From an uncultured Cytophagales bacterium (GTDB lineage Bacteria > Bacteroidota > Bacteroidia > Cytophagales > Thermonemataceae): a stretch of DNA of 64,000 bases. The notes beneath the pieces were generated by a model. It saw only the letters and a program-made list of their open reading frames with translations. It searched no databases and was not told the DNA's origin. This document shows positions 10,098 through 20,725 of this stretch, in pieces (the stretch's first letter is position 1; every line of letters begins with the position of its first letter). The stretch is taken from assembly GCA_937911505.1 (NCBI GenBank), contig CALEMF010000031.1:16805-80804 (forward strand), in the 5' to 3' direction. The translations under genes and the position numbers were made by a program.

Positions 10098-11569
10098 AAA
10101 TAAACCGTTTCTTCATTTGGGTACTCTCGCTAGGGATAACCACCTGCGCTGTAAAAAAAAGAAACTATACCACACCTGAAAGTAAAGCAAACGTAGAAGA
10201 AAGTGAATTAGCGGCAGAGCAAGATACTATCTTTCAACAAAGTGCTGTAACCGCGGCTTGGTGGAGTAATTTCAATGATCCGCTTTTAGATACACTGATT
10301 GCACGTACCAGACAACGTAACCTCTCTATTAACGCAGCCGTAGCGAACTTCTTTGCTGCGCGTGCAGTACTACGAGGTACAAAATACGATCGCTTCCCTA
10401 CCGTGACGCTCAACGCCAACTACACCCGCCAGCGCCTAGGTGAAAACATCTTTGCCCAAGGGAGTAATTTAGAATTTGATCAGTATAATGCCACCTTCGA
10501 TGCTTTTTGGGAGTTGAATCTCTTTGGAAGAGTAACCCATCGTGTAAAAGAAGCCTATGCTTTTGAGCAAGTAGCCTTGGCCGATATGCAGGCAGTGTAT
10601 GTAAGCCTCTTTGCAGAAGTGGCGCGTGTTTACGTAGAGTTGCGAGGGGCGCAATACCTGCTAGACATTGCTGAAAGAAACGTAGAAAACCAAAAGGAAA
10701 CTTTTGAACTAACGGCTCGTTTGGCCCGCTCTGGTACAAACAATACCTTGGATGTAGCACGAGCAGAAGCACAGTTGGAAAATACGCGTGCCTCTATTCC
10801 TACGCTACAAGCACAAATTAATACGCTTACGAATACATTGAACGTGCTAGTAGGTGCTGTACCGGGTACACTTACCAGTGCCATCACCGATAAACAGCCT
10901 TTACCAAGCTTACCCGATGCTGTATTGGTAGGAGAGAGCGAAGCCCTATTACGTCGTCGCCCTGATGTATTCAAAGCAGAACAGGAGGTATTACAACTGG
11001 TAGCGCAGTATAACTTGACGGCTACTGATTTATATCCACGGGTAACTTTTAATGGATCTGTGGGTTTCTCGGCTATTAATTTTAGTAGCCTTGGGCAAAA
11101 CAGGTCATTTACCTACACGTTGATTCCAGGTATTAGCTGGGCAGCTTTTAATCTGGGGCGTGTCAAGCAGCAAATTAATCAGCAAGATGCATTGGCGATT
11201 GCCGCAGTCAATCGCTACGAGCAAGTAACGCTAGAAGCCCTATTAGAGATCAAGAATACGATGGCGGAATACGAGCAAGAACTTAAGCGAAGGGCATTGC
11301 TTGCCAAGGCTTTTCAGAAGAGTAAAGAAGCCGCACAACTAGCAGAAGACCGCTTCAAGGCGGGGCTAGATAGTTTCTTAGATTACCTAAGCGCAGATCG
11401 GACTTTACTAGAGGCCGAAGTAGCCTTGGCCAATAGCGAGATACGTACCCTTACACAACTTATTGCGCTTTATAAAGCCCTTGGTGGCGGGTGGGAGATC
11501 GTGACGGATCAAGAATTGGAAGAGAAGTTTGAGCAACTAAAAGAACAAGATAGTACACTGAATAAGTAA
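10094..11569 (+). CDS. RND efflux outer-membrane factor lipoprotein (NodT/OprM family)
   Basis: Lipobox-like LGITTC. WW..F.DP.L..LI motif (AAWWSNFNDPLLDTLI). Two OEP repeats and C-terminal LYKALGGGW. Confidence 0.9.
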   Translation: MKINRFFIWVLSLGITTCAVKKRNYTTPESKANVEESELAAEQDTIFQQSAVTAAWWSNFNDPLLDTLIARTRQRNLSINAAVANFFAARAVLRGTKYDRFPTVTLNANYTRQRLGENIFAQGSNLEFDQYNATFDAFWELNLFGRVTHRVKEAYAFEQVALADMQAVYVSLFAEVARVYVELRGAQYLLDIAERNVENQKETFELTARLARSGTNNTLDVARAEAQLENTRASIPTLQAQINTLTNTLNVLVGAVPGTLTSAITDKQPLPSLPDAVLVGESEALLRRRPDVFKAEQEVLQLVAQYNLTATDLYPRVTFNGSVGFSAINFSSLGQNRSFTYTLIPGISWAAFNLGRVKQQINQQDALAIAAVNRYEQVTLEALLEIKNTMAEYEQELKRRALLAKAFQKSKEAAQLAEDRFKAGLDSFLDYLSADRTLLEAEVALANSEIRTLTQLIALYKALGGGWEIVTDQELEEKFEQLKEQDSTLNK

Positions 11570-11578
11570 ATACCTTCT

Positions 11579-11872
11579 CTACTGCGCCACACGCGACAGC
11601 TTTTCATGGTTGATAAGATCAAGTAGAAGGTCTACCAAGTGGTCAGGTTTCTCTCCGTAATAACCAGCATAGCGAAAATTAAGTACTTTTTGGGAATGTT
11701 GATGAAAGGCGATCTCACCCATCAGCGTATTGGTATTTAACTCGTATAACAAGATGTTGAAGTGCGCTCTTCCTTGTGCATCTACATAATTACAACGTAT
11801 CTGCCAACGTAATTTTTTACGTATGCCACAAAGTTTAATCAGTAAGTTGAGTACTGTTTTCGAAACCTCCAT
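11579..11872 (-). CDS. hypothetical protein (about 97 aa from the internal ATG)
   Basis: The track ORF 11579..12013 overlaps the truB 3-prime end by 77 nt. The ATG at 11870-11872 (MEVSKTV...) removes the overlap. No motif. Confidence 0.3.
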   Translation of the reverse strand: MEVSKTVLNLLIKLCGIRKKLRWQIRCNYVDAQGRAHFNILLYELNTNTLMGEIAFHQHSQKVLNFRYAGYYGEKPDHLVDLLLDLINHEKLSRVAQ

Positions 11873-11936
11873 AAAATAGTTCTTAGGGAGGAGGAAGTTA
11901 CAAAAAATGGGCGTAAAAACATAGCCTGCGATGGGC

Positions 11937-12620
11937 TTATTGCTGCGTAAATACTTGATGTTGGGCAATAAAATCGGGGAGCGCATAAGCTTGTTTAAGC
12001 GTAAAGCTACCAATGCGCGTTCTACACAAACTTGCTAAGTAAGCACCTGCGCCAAGTGCCTCTCCAAAATCTCTTACTAAACTTCTAATGTAAGTTCCCT
12101 TGGAACAAACGATACGAAAATGCAGTGTAGGAAATTGATTGTCGGTAATTTCAAATGTGCTGACAGTCACTTGTCGTGGCTCAAGCGCAACTACTTCTCC
12201 TTTGCGGGCATGTTGGTAAACTCGTTTCCCTTTCACCTTGATGGCTGAGTAAATAGGAGGAACCTGCTGGATATCACCTATGAACTGCGGGAGCGTCTCA
12301 GTGATAAGCGCGTCGCTAATGTGAGAAATATCGTAATCTTGGTCAAAGTCAGTCTCTAAATCAACGGAAGGGGTGGTTTTACCTAATACAAGTGTACCCT
12401 CATATTCTTTTTCTTGCGCTTGGTAATGGTTAATCTCCTTGGTTTTTTTACCTGTACACAAAATAAGTAAACCTGTAGCAAGTGGATCGAGCGTACCAGC
12501 ATGGCCTATTTTTTTAACTTTAAGCGCACCCCGTAGCTTTTTTACTACATCGAAAGAAGTCCAACGGTAAGGTTTATCGATTAATATTACTTCGCCCGCC
12601 TGAAAATTCATAGCCTTCAT
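11937..12620 (-). CDS. truB: tRNA pseudouridine(55) synthase
   Basis: [18 protein letters not shown]...[18 protein letters not shown] (catalytic Asp motif) and [12 protein letters not shown]. Length is typical for TruB. Confidence 0.9.
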   Translation of the reverse strand: MKAMNFQAGEVILIDKPYRWTSFDVVKKLRGALKVKKIGHAGTLDPLATGLLILCTGKKTKEINHYQAQEKEYEGTLVLGKTTPSVDLETDFDQDYDISHISDALITETLPQFIGDIQQVPPIYSAIKVKGKRVYQHARKGEVVALEPRQVTVSTFEITDNQFPTLHFRIVCSKGTYIRSLVRDFGEALGAGAYLASLCRTRIGSFTLKQAYALPDFIAQHQVFTQQ

Positions 12621-13414
12621 TATACAATTTTAAAATCTACCCCTGAAGCTAGTAAAATAAGGATAAGTGTTCCTACAATGATACGGTAGTATCCAAAGAG
12701 TTTAAAACCGTACTTGGTAAGAAAACTAATAAAGAACTTGATCGCCAACATCGCTACTAAAAATGCTACCACATTGCCGATGAGTAACAGTTGTATTTCT
12801 TCTGTAGAGAAAACAAGCTCTTGCTTAAGATACCCTTTGAGTAACTTATAAGCGGAAGCCGCCAACATGGTAGGTACCGCCAGAAAGAACGAAAATTCAG
12901 CGGCTGTTTTTCTGCTCAATTGTTGTGTAAGCCCACCAATAATGGTAGAGGCCGAACGAGAAACCCCTGGAATAAGCGCTAAACATTGAAAAAAGCCGAT
13001 CTTTAAAGCACGTGCAGGCGTTACTTCTTCTTGCGAGTCGGCTTGTGCCACAAACCAACGATCGACAAATACAAGCACCACGCCTCCTACTACCAAAGAG
13101 ATAGCTACTACCCAAACATTTTCTAAGAGCAGGTCGATCCAGTCGCCTATAGCCAACCCAATCACAGCGGCAGGAATGAAAGCAATGAATAATTTACCAT
13201 AGAAAGCCCACGACTGAATAAATCTACGCCAGTATAAAACTACTACCGATAGAATGGCTCCGAATTGAATATTGACTGTAAATATCTTTACAAAAGCTTG
13301 TTCGTTGATGCCTAAGAGCGCAGAGGTAATAATCATATGGCCTGTAGAAGAAACGGGAAGATATTCAGTAATACCTTCTACAATCGCCAAGATAATGGCG
13401 GCTATTATGTCCAT
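12620..13414 (-). CDS. uppP: undecaprenyl-diphosphate phosphatase
   Basis: BacA/UppP signatures [16 protein letters not shown] and [10 protein letters not shown]. Eight-TM protein of 264 aa. Confidence 0.9.
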   Translation of the reverse strand: MDIIAAIILAIVEGITEYLPVSSTGHMIITSALLGINEQAFVKIFTVNIQFGAILSVVVLYWRRFIQSWAFYGKLFIAFIPAAVIGLAIGDWIDLLLENVWVVAISLVVGGVVLVFVDRWFVAQADSQEEVTPARALKIGFFQCLALIPGVSRSASTIIGGLTQQLSRKTAAEFSFFLAVPTMLAASAYKLLKGYLKQELVFSTEEIQLLLIGNVVAFLVAMLAIKFFISFLTKYGFKLFGYYRIIVGTLILILLASGVDFKIV

Positions 13415-13441
13415 AAGTAAGGTTGGTAATAAAAGAAGAAA

Positions 13442-13732
13442 TTACTTTTTGGAAGAAGGCTTATATAAAATGGCAACAATCTGCACCATAAAACCTAGAA
13501 ATAAAATGATAGGACCCAAGGTAAGCCCTAAAAAGCCAAAGCCATAAGGTTCTTTGTCAGAAGCCATGACAATAAATCCTAGCAGAATAAGTCCTATTCC
13601 AACAAGCATAATAAAATAGTTTTGTTCTTCTAGCGCAAAGGGTACCTTCTTGGTGTCGTTACTTGCAGGCATGCCTTTTTTGACGGTACTAGAAGTAGTA
13701 GGATTGTTCTTTTTAAGCTTCGTTTTTGCCAT
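13442..13732 (-). CDS. small two-TM membrane protein (DUF3098-like)
   Basis: 96 aa with a basic N-terminus and two TM helices. It sits between ftsX and uppP, as is common in Bacteroidota. Confidence 0.6.
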   Translation of the reverse strand: MAKTKLKKNNPTTSSTVKKGMPASNDTKKVPFALEEQNYFIMLVGIGLILLGFIVMASDKEPYGFGFLGLTLGPIILFLGFMVQIVAILYKPSSKK

Positions 13733-13815
13733 AAATACTTATATTTCTTTACTACAAAGAAAGCGATATTTATCGTAAATGTGAAGTTAAAAAAACTTAA
13801 AAAGTAAGCATTACA

Positions 13816-14709
13816 TCAATAGAGTTCATCTAAAGACATAGCTAAATACTTGTTGACGGCTCTAAAGGAACTTATTACGCTAATCAGCACACCTATACCG
13901 ATGAGTGATAAACCGATGACGAGTAACATCTCTATAGGGTGTAAAGCTTGTAGTTCTTCTAGCTGGCTTTCAGCATAAGCGATAAAAGCCCATAAAAAAC
14001 CAAAAGCCAATACACCACTATTAATACCCTGCCACGCGGCTGTTTTAAGTAATTGTTTTCTCTCATAACTGTTCTTAGCACAAACCAACTGCATGGTACG
14101 AATGATGAAACGTTGTGAAAACAGGGCCAGCTTGATGGTGTTATGAATCAAGACAATAACAATGATACTCATAAAAAGAGCAAAACTGAAAAGAATGAAG
14201 CTGATAGTAGCAATGTTTTCTGTCATATCTTTGGCTAAACTTCTCGGATACGCCACATCTACTACCCCATTGAGGTTTTCTAAATCTTGCTCTACTTTTT
14301 GAAGTTGAGTAGGCTGGTAGTAGTTGGCTTTCAGGCGAATTACATAGGAGTCTTTTAGAGGATTTTCTCCTAATAAATCTTGGAAATCTTCTTCTAGCTG
14401 ATTGGTCAGTTCTTTGGCAGCTTCTTCTTTACTAATGTAAGAATAGGTAGGTTGGTTAGCCTCTTGTTGTATGTAGTGCTTTTCGGTCAAGGGTAGCTCC
14501 AGTTGTAGTTTCTCATTATCAGTAATGGCATTGTTGAGAAAGAGCTGTATCTCGAGGTTTTCTTGTACAGCTTGTGCAATTTTACGTGCATCTATCAAGA
14601 GGATGGTAAATATCCCTAAAACGAAAAGTGCCGTAGTAATGCTCAACACTACACTTAGATAAGGATAAGCGCCTAACTTCTTCTTTTTGTAATGAGGAAC
14701 GTCTGCCAT
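13816..14709 (-). CDS. ftsX: FtsX-like cell-division/ABC permease protein
   Basis: 297 aa with an N-terminal TM, a periplasmic domain and three C-terminal TMs. MQLV.A... segment in the FtsX position. The sequence is divergent (LVCAKNSYERK instead of the usual LVGAT..FI). Confidence 0.7.
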   Translation of the reverse strand: MADVPHYKKKKLGAYPYLSVVLSITTALFVLGIFTILLIDARKIAQAVQENLEIQLFLNNAITDNEKLQLELPLTEKHYIQQEANQPTYSYISKEEAAKELTNQLEEDFQDLLGENPLKDSYVIRLKANYYQPTQLQKVEQDLENLNGVVDVAYPRSLAKDMTENIATISFILFSFALFMSIIVIVLIHNTIKLALFSQRFIIRTMQLVCAKNSYERKQLLKTAAWQGINSGVLAFGFLWAFIAYAESQLEELQALHPIEMLLVIGLSLIGIGVLISVISSFRAVNKYLAMSLDELY

Positions 14710-14782
14710 AGGAAATTCAATTCAGGGTTATCAAAGTTGTTTCAACTTTTTGGTCAAAACAAAAGGTCTAGATGACTTCATC

Positions 14783-14820
14783 ATAAAAAAAACTTCCTAA
14801 AGTTAAAAACTCAGGAAGTT
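14783..14820 (-). terminator. rho-independent terminator downstream of the sigma/anti-sigma operon
   Basis: Stem 14791-14798 pairs with 14813-14820, and an inner 4-bp extension pairs 14801-14804 with 14808-14811. On the minus strand it is followed by a T7-9 run (A-run 14784-14790 on the plus strand). Confidence 0.55.
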
Positions 14821-14876
14821 TGAACCAATTACTTACAATGAATTTATCTGTTGTGTATAAAACTTTTCTTGTGGGG

Positions 14877-15716
14877 TTACTTGGATAGTAGACGATGCAA
14901 CTGTTCTATCTGTTGCTTGTCAGTAACGTGTGTGTCTTTAAGATTGAATACCTCGGTAGCATCTTCTTTTAACTCGAAAAACTGATCTTTCACATATAAA
15001 TAGGTCTTTCTCCCTTCTCCGATATCTCCCTTCACTAACTGATATTGAATATTCTCAAATAACTGTAGCACATCGTCGTGATACTGGTAATAGATTTGGT
15101 AGTTAAAAGCTTTACTTCCTTCTTCAGTACCTAGCGCATTGGCAGGTCTTTCTTCCTCTTCTGACAAGCGTGTTTCCTCTTGTAAAACAGTAGTCTCTTG
15201 TAATGACTCACCATTAGAAGAATTGATGACCTCCTCATCAGAAGGTAAGTTCTCTTCTTCTATATTTTCTTCAGCAATATCGGTATCAGACTCTTCTGTC
15301 TCCGTTTCTACAAGCGTCTCTTCAGTAACTTCTGGGAGTGGTTGACTTTGCTTTCGCTCTACCTCAGGCTGCTCAGTAGTAGTGAGCATTTTCTCAGGAG
15401 TAGTAGGTACGGGTGATTCTTTAATAAAGAAAAACCAAACGAGCACAGCAGATACTAAGAAAGCCGCCCCCCAAGCCAGCGCTTTTATCCCTTGGAAAGG
15501 TGGAGTGGCTGGAATGACGATCTGATCGAGCCGAGCTTTTAGTTCTGCTTTTCTACTTTGTTGAATGCCCTCAAGAATATTTTTCTGAAAGGCTACCACC
15601 TGTTGTAGCTGAGGATCAGCCGCTAAAGCTTGCTCAAAAGCAGCTTGCTCGGTGGCTGTGAGGCTTTCCTGTAGGTAAGCTTCAATGTAGGCGGTATCAT
15701 AAAATTTTTGTTGCAT
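14877..15716 (-). CDS. putative membrane anti-sigma factor
   Basis: Starts 8 nt downstream of the ECF sigma gene. Short cytoplasmic N-domain, one TM helix (ALAWGAAFLVSAVLVWFFFI), a very acidic low-complexity linker, then a C-terminal domain. Confidence 0.5.
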   Translation of the reverse strand: MQQKFYDTAYIEAYLQESLTATEQAAFEQALAADPQLQQVVAFQKNILEGIQQSRKAELKARLDQIVIPATPPFQGIKALAWGAAFLVSAVLVWFFFIKESPVPTTPEKMLTTTEQPEVERKQSQPLPEVTEETLVETETEESDTDIAEENIEEENLPSDEEVINSSNGESLQETTVLQEETRLSEEEERPANALGTEEGSKAFNYQIYYQYHDDVLQLFENIQYQLVKGDIGEGRKTYLYVKDQFFELKEDATEVFNLKDTHVTDKQQIEQLHRLLSK

Positions 15717-15724
15717 TCTTTTCT

Positions 15725-16264
15725 TTAATCTAAGAAATCACTTTCCTTGTAATGAGTTTTAACAATCTCGTCTAACTCCTTTTTACATTTATATTTCTTT
15801 GTTTTGGCAGTATCTGCGTTAGCAAAACCCAATTTCTCAGCGATGTCCTGCATAGAAAGACCATCAAAATAATAGTAGTATAAAACTTTTCTGCAGGTCT
15901 CACCCAACTTTCCTAAGCATTGGTGAATCAACCTGAATTTTTCTTCCTTGTCCCACGTGATCTCAGTAACGCCGTCTTTCTCTTCATTCGAGAGCCTGCT
16001 CTTTCGCTCAAGCTCTTTTCGCCACAAGTTAAGACAAACACTATAGAGGTAAGTACTAATCTTCGAAGTCAGTTGGAAATCTTTTTTCCTTGCTTTCTGC
16101 CAAAAAACAATCAGCGCATCTTGAAAAACATCTTTCGCCTCTTCCTCTGTACCACTGTTCTTGAGTACAATGCGGGTCATCATCCTGTAGTTCTTTTTGT
16201 ACAGGTATGCCAACGCCTCTTCGTCGCCTGCCCTGATCTTTCTAATTATTTCTGAGTCAGTCAT
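15725..16264 (-). CDS. ECF-type RNA polymerase sigma-70 family factor
   Basis: Region 2 (DVFQDALIVFWQKA...STYLYSVCLNLWRKELER) and region 4 HTH (LSMQDIAEKLGFANADTAKTKKYKCKKEL). Confidence 0.85.
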   Translation of the reverse strand: MTDSEIIRKIRAGDEEALAYLYKKNYRMMTRIVLKNSGTEEEAKDVFQDALIVFWQKARKKDFQLTSKISTYLYSVCLNLWRKELERKSRLSNEEKDGVTEITWDKEEKFRLIHQCLGKLGETCRKVLYYYYFDGLSMQDIAEKLGFANADTAKTKKYKCKKELDEIVKTHYKESDFLD

Positions 16265-16459
16265 AAAAAGCTCTTCAGCTTTGTTGTTTTATACAGTGAG
16301 GTATGGTATAGTAACCAGTAGATTCTCTAAAGTTTCAAAAAAAACTTACATATTCCAAATATCCTTTTTGTAGATATACGCCGTACAAATAAATTTTTTG
16401 TAAGTGAACTTATTTTTGTATGTTTGGCGCTATACATTTCACTTCATAACCTATTGTAT

Positions 16460-16885
16460 ATGAGAAAATCAGTTTGGCTATGGGTAATGAGTAGCCTGTT
16501 TGCTTGGCATACACAAGCACAATCACTGGTGGGTACTTGGAAAACCGTTGATGACGAAACCCAAAAAGCTCGCTCTTATGTAAAAATGTATAAGACGAAA
16601 AGCGGTAAATATGCAGGCAAAATTGTAAAGTTATTAGATGCCGATCAACAGAATGCTACCTGTGACAAATGTACAGATTATCGCAAAGGAGAGCCTATTC
16701 TAAATATGGTAATTGTAACAGGGTTAGCAAGTAGTGGTGATGAGTGGAAAGGTGGGAAGATTCTAGATCCTGAGAAAGGAAAAGTATATACTTGTAAAAT
16801 GTGGTTGGATGAGGCCAACGAACTCAAAGTGAGAGGTTATTTAGGCCCTTTTTATCGTACTCAAACGTGGTATCGTGTAAAGTAA
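16460..16885 (+). CDS. DUF2147 family secreted protein
   Basis: Signal peptide from the ATG at 16460. G.W...DDET...S.V..Y...GKY.GKIV and GG.ILDPE.GK.Y.CK.W.....L.VRGY are characteristic DUF2147 strings. Confidence 0.75.
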   Translation: MRKSVWLWVMSSLFAWHTQAQSLVGTWKTVDDETQKARSYVKMYKTKSGKYAGKIVKLLDADQQNATCDKCTDYRKGEPILNMVIVTGLASSGDEWKGGKILDPEKGKVYTCKMWLDEANELKVRGYLGPFYRTQTWYRVK

Positions 16886-16906
16886 CGCGCAAAGCTTTTT
16901 AAACAA

Positions 16907-16940
16907 GTGCCCTGTTGATCATAAACGGGGTACTTTTTTT
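16907..16940 (+). terminator. rho-independent terminator of the DUF2147 gene
   Basis: A 10-bp stem pairs 16907-16916 with 16924-16933 (two G-U pairs) around a 7-nt loop, followed by T7 at 16934-16940. Confidence 0.6.
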
Positions 16941-17050
16941 ATAATCTAATCATTAATAATGAGTAATAGAGGCATCTGGCTTTTACAGAGCGCTTCCTAA
17001 AATATACTTTCACCCATGAATTATACAGTATTTAGCTTCCCTAGCAGCCT

Positions 17051-18361
17051 ATGATAGACGATATAATTAGCTGGCTTATGCCCATTGGCAGAGGTGTGTT
17101 AGGAATGGGCTTTTTCATATCGATCGGTTTTTTATTTTCTACCAATAGGAAGCAAATTGATTGGCGCTTAGTAGGTATTGGATTACTCTTGCAAATTACG
17201 CTGGGTGTTCTACTATTAAAAGTAGACTTTTTTAGTGCAGGATTTAGAAAAGTAAGTGAATGGTTTGTGGTTTTTTTAGACTTTTCTCAGGCAGGCGCTA
17301 CCTTTATATTTGGTGATCTAGCCAAAGGAGAGTCTTTCGGGTTTATCTTTGCTTTTCAGATATTACCTACCATTATTTTCTTTTCTACGGTGTCAGCCGC
17401 TTTGTATCACTTAGGGGTACTACAAAAGATAGTATATGGAATTGCTTGGGTAATGGCACGTACTATGCGCCTTACAGGCCCTGAGAGCTTATCTGCAGCA
17501 GGTAATATTTTTCTGGGGCAAACGGAAGCACCTTTGCTGGTACGCCCTTTTATCAAAGATATGACACGCTCCGAACTGAATTGCCTGATGACGGGCGGAA
17601 TGGCCACCTTAGCAGGTGGTGTCTTGGCAGCTTATATCGCTTTTTTAGGAGAAAGCGATGCAGAAAAGGCACAGTTTGCTACCTACCTACTAAGTGGCTC
17701 TGTAATGAACGCTCCCGCAGCGATTGTGATGGCAAAAATGTTATTTCCGGCTGCCGAGAACGATGTGCGTGAGACAAAACTAGAAGTCAATAAAGAGGCA
17801 TTAGGCGTAAATGTAATTGATGCCATGTCTATTGGAGCGGCTGATGGACTATAACTAGCCCTAAACGTAGGAGGGATGCTGCTGGCCTTCATCGCGGTGA
17901 TAGCCCTGTTTAATCACTTTTTGGAAATAGCAGGAAATTGGCTGACCATCAATGAGTGGATTGCTACTCATACAAACAACTTATTCGATAAATTTTCCTT
18001 AGAGTATATTTTAGGCGTTATTGGGCAACCCATTGCTTGGCTGATGGGAGTGGAGTGGGATCAGTCTTTACTAGTAGGGAGTCTCATTGGACAAAAGACT
18101 TCCATTAATGAATTCATCGCTTACCAACAACTAGGTAAAATGAAAGAAGCGAATTTGTTAACGCCTAAGTCTGTTGTCATTGCTACCTATGCACTTTGTG
18201 GCTTTTCTAACTTCAGCTCAATCGCTATCCAAATCGGTGGGATTGGCGGCATGGCACCAGAGCGCCAAGGAGATTTGTCAAAACTTGGCTTTCGCGCTTT
18301 ACTAGGAGCGAGCATTGCCTGCTTTATGACCGCTACTGTCGTAGGGATGATCACGTTGTAG
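17051..18361 (+). pseudogene. nupC: NupC/CNT-family nucleoside:cation symporter interrupted by one in-frame TAA
   Basis: ORFs 17051..17854 and 17876..18361 are in the same frame. Reading through the TAA at 17852-17854 gives ...IGAADGL*LALNVGGMLLAFIAVIALFN..., a continuous CNT motif. The combined length of about 436 aa is typical for NupC. Confidence 0.85.
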
Positions 18362-18424
18362 AACTGCTTTGCGTAGCTTGCAATGATAAGGAATAAATAG
18401 AAATTTATTTTAGTAAAGGCTAAC

Positions 18425-19546
18425 CTACTCAAATAACTCTGCTAATTTTGCTTCTAACCGACTGCCTCTTAAATTTTTAGCGATAATCTTACCTTCCTTA
18501 TCCAACAGGAAGTTCATAGGGATGGCGGTAACGTTGTAGGCCTTGGCTGCGGGTGATTGCCAAAACTGAAGATCACTGACGTTGATCCACTGCAAATTAT
18601 CTTTCTCGATGGCTTTTAACCATGCTTCTTTATTCTTATCCAAAGCAACGCCATAAATTTCAAAACCTTTTGGATGGTATTTCTCATAGGCTTTTACTAC
18701 GTTAGGGTTTTCGATACGACAAGGTTTGCACCAAGAGGCCCAGAAGTCTATCAAAACGTAGTTTCCTTGTAAGGAAGAAAGGGCTACTTTATCTCCCTGT
18801 GGCGTAGGAAGTGTAATTTCAGGAGCGGTAGTACCTACAGCAGTTTTCTTAAGCTCTTCGATGCGGTTAAGTAGGTAGGTAGCATAAGAAGGGGCAGGTT
18901 GCACACTTTTCATTCTTTCAGCTACTTGATCTAGAAACTGTATCGGCGTATTATCATCCCATTTTTCTGCAAAAAATACCCAAGCAACAGAAGTGCCTGC
19001 GTTTTCTAGAAGATAGGCGTTGTATTCATTCATCAACTGGGGTAGCACTTTTTCATAGCTATTAATAGCTTCTTGTGCAGTTTCTTGGTCTTCTGCAGCA
19101 AGGGCCTCTTTATATTTTTTCTCTATGGGGGCTACGTATTTTTCCATTAACGTTTGCTCCTTGCGAAGCGCCGATAAAATTACCGTCGATCCACTTGAAC
19201 CCTCAAGGGTAGTATTGCTAATATTATTGAGGTCTGTTTTTATTTTGATGTTTTCACCAGGCTTTACTGCTAAAATAAGCGTGAGTTTTTTACCTACCTC
19301 TAGTAGATAAAGTGCTTCTTCTGCAATAGGGTAATCTCCTGAAAAACCTGCTCCCGAAGATAACTCCTTCTCAGCCATTGGTACCTTCTTAGGCGGATTA
19401 AATTCTAAGCCAGCCAGCTCTATGGTACCTTCTGCAGCATTTGCAACCTCTACTTGTAGCTGAAAACGTTGTGACTGTGCTGATCCTGAAGAGATAGTAA
19501 AAAGACTAATCGAGAAGAATAAACAGATAATGAGAGTGCCGCGCAT
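18425..19546 (-). CDS. TlpA/ResA-like thiol:disulfide oxidoreductase with an N-terminal accessory domain
   Basis: C-terminal thioredoxin fold with YVLIDFWASWCKPCRIENP (CxxC). Signal peptide from the ATG at 19544-19546 (MRGTLIICLFFSISLF). Confidence 0.8.
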   Translation of the reverse strand: MRGTLIICLFFSISLFTISSGSAQSQRFQLQVEVANAAEGTIELAGLEFNPPKKVPMAEKELSSGAGFSGDYPIAEEALYLLEVGKKLTLILAVKPGENIKIKTDLNNISNTTLEGSSGSTVILSALRKEQTLMEKYVAPIEKKYKEALAAEDQETAQEAINSYEKVLPQLMNEYNAYLLENAGTSVAWVFFAEKWDDNTPIQFLDQVAERMKSVQPAPSYATYLLNRIEELKKTAVGTTAPEITLPTPQGDKVALSSLQGNYVLIDFWASWCKPCRIENPNVVKAYEKYHPKGFEIYGVALDKNKEAWLKAIEKDNLQWINVSDLQFWQSPAAKAYNVTAIPMNFLLDKEGKIIAKNLRGSRLEAKLAELFE

Positions 19547-19556
19547 AAGAGTTAAG

Positions 19557-20192
19557 TTAAGAAATTTTTTTAGCAGGGTTCCCAAATACAGTACTTCCCG
19601 CTTCTACATGCTCTACAACAACTGAACCAGCACCAATCCGTGCTCGTTCACCAATGGTAACGCCTGCCACGATGGTAACACCCGAACCAATGAAAACGTG
19701 CGAATCAATGCTGACCTGACTTCCAATAGAACTGCCTACACCTACTTGTACAAAATCAGCGAGTGTGCTATCGTAGTCAATCTGTACCCCTTGTCGTACA
19801 ATACAATGATTGGCCAGTGTAGCCCCAGTGTTGATAATTACACCTGCATCAATAAGATTACCGTGACCCATTACTACACGTTGAGACAAATAAGCCTTTG
19901 CGTGAATAGCATTCATAGGCATTACTTTTCTTTTGGTATTAAGCATTTCAACGAGTTTTTCGCGAAGTACATCATCGTCGCTGGCTACAAAAGCCTCACA
20001 CTTTTTTCCAATAAGTTTTAAAAAGGCTTGGTCTTCTGTAGCGCCCAGTACAGTAATATCGTGTATAGTGGTGTTACGTTGTTTGGGATCGTCATCTAAA
20101 AAGCCATAGACGATAATATCGTGGCTATCGAAAATCTCTAGGGCTATTTTACCAATTCCATTAGCGCCTAAGATCATTACTGGTTTGTCCAT
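19557..20192 (-). CDS. NeuD/PglB/VioB-family sugar acetyltransferase (left-handed beta-helix)
   Basis: N-terminal Rossmann-like ILGANGIGKIALEIF...YGFLDDD. C-terminal hexapeptide repeats (VQVGVGSSIGSQVSIDSHVFIGSGVTIVAGVTIGERARIGAGSVV). The first ATG is at 20190-20192; the track start at 20201 is a TTG. Confidence 0.75.
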   Translation of the reverse strand: MDKPVMILGANGIGKIALEIFDSHDIIVYGFLDDDPKQRNTTIHDITVLGATEDQAFLKLIGKKCEAFVASDDDVLREKLVEMLNTKRKVMPMNAIHAKAYLSQRVVMGHGNLIDAGVIINTGATLANHCIVRQGVQIDYDSTLADFVQVGVGSSIGSQVSIDSHVFIGSGVTIVAGVTIGERARIGAGSVVVEHVEAGSTVFGNPAKKIS

Positions 20193-20329
20193 ATAAGTCA
20201 ATCGTATTACCTCGGTAAGTCACAAAGCTAAAGGTATTTTCTGAAAAAACGTGGTACAGGCTAAAAAATCATTTTGGTGTGAAAAACGAAGTAGTATTTT
20301 TGTTAATAACCAATAATTCATCAGGGTGA

Positions 20330-20725
20330 ATGAAAAAAATAATAATAGGGATAATATGTCTAGCGATATGGCTCCCATTTATAGCTACTACGCATTTTTA
20401 TCCTTTCTTACGCTTTGGCATGTATGCAGAACCAGTGAGAAAAGAACTTGAATACTTTAGGATTACTTTCAAAGAAAAAGCGAAAGGCCCTGAGCAAGCC
20501 TTTGATGTGCGTATTTTAGGGTTAGATGAACGAATGATGAACTACCTGATAAGAGACTATTATTACCAAGATAAAATGAGTGCTTTTGAGCGAAAGTTAC
20601 AAGAAAGTTGCAAGAGCGCTGATTGGGAGCAGTCGGTAGCCAGTTGGCAAATATGGCAGATACATGTTACTGCGCAAGGCGTAGATTCTGCTCAGGTGGC
20701 CACCTTCGATTATTCACGACGATGA
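20330..20725 (+). CDS. hypothetical membrane-anchored protein (131 aa)
   Basis: N-terminal TM helix followed by a soluble domain. Its stop overlaps the next start (ATGA at 20722-20725), suggesting translational coupling. Confidence 0.45.
   Translation: MKKIIIGIICLAIWLPFIATTHFYPFLRFGMYAEPVRKELEYFRITFKEKAKGPEQAFDVRILGLDERMMNYLIRDYYYQDKMSAFERKLQESCKSADWEQSVASWQIWQIHVTAQGVDSAQVATFDYSRR

Noticed and set aside
11873-12013. The N-terminal extension of ORF 11579..12013, which overlaps the truB 3-prime end by 77 nt.
   Set aside because: An overlap of that size with a conserved gene is unlikely, and an internal ATG at 11872 gives a non-overlapping gene.
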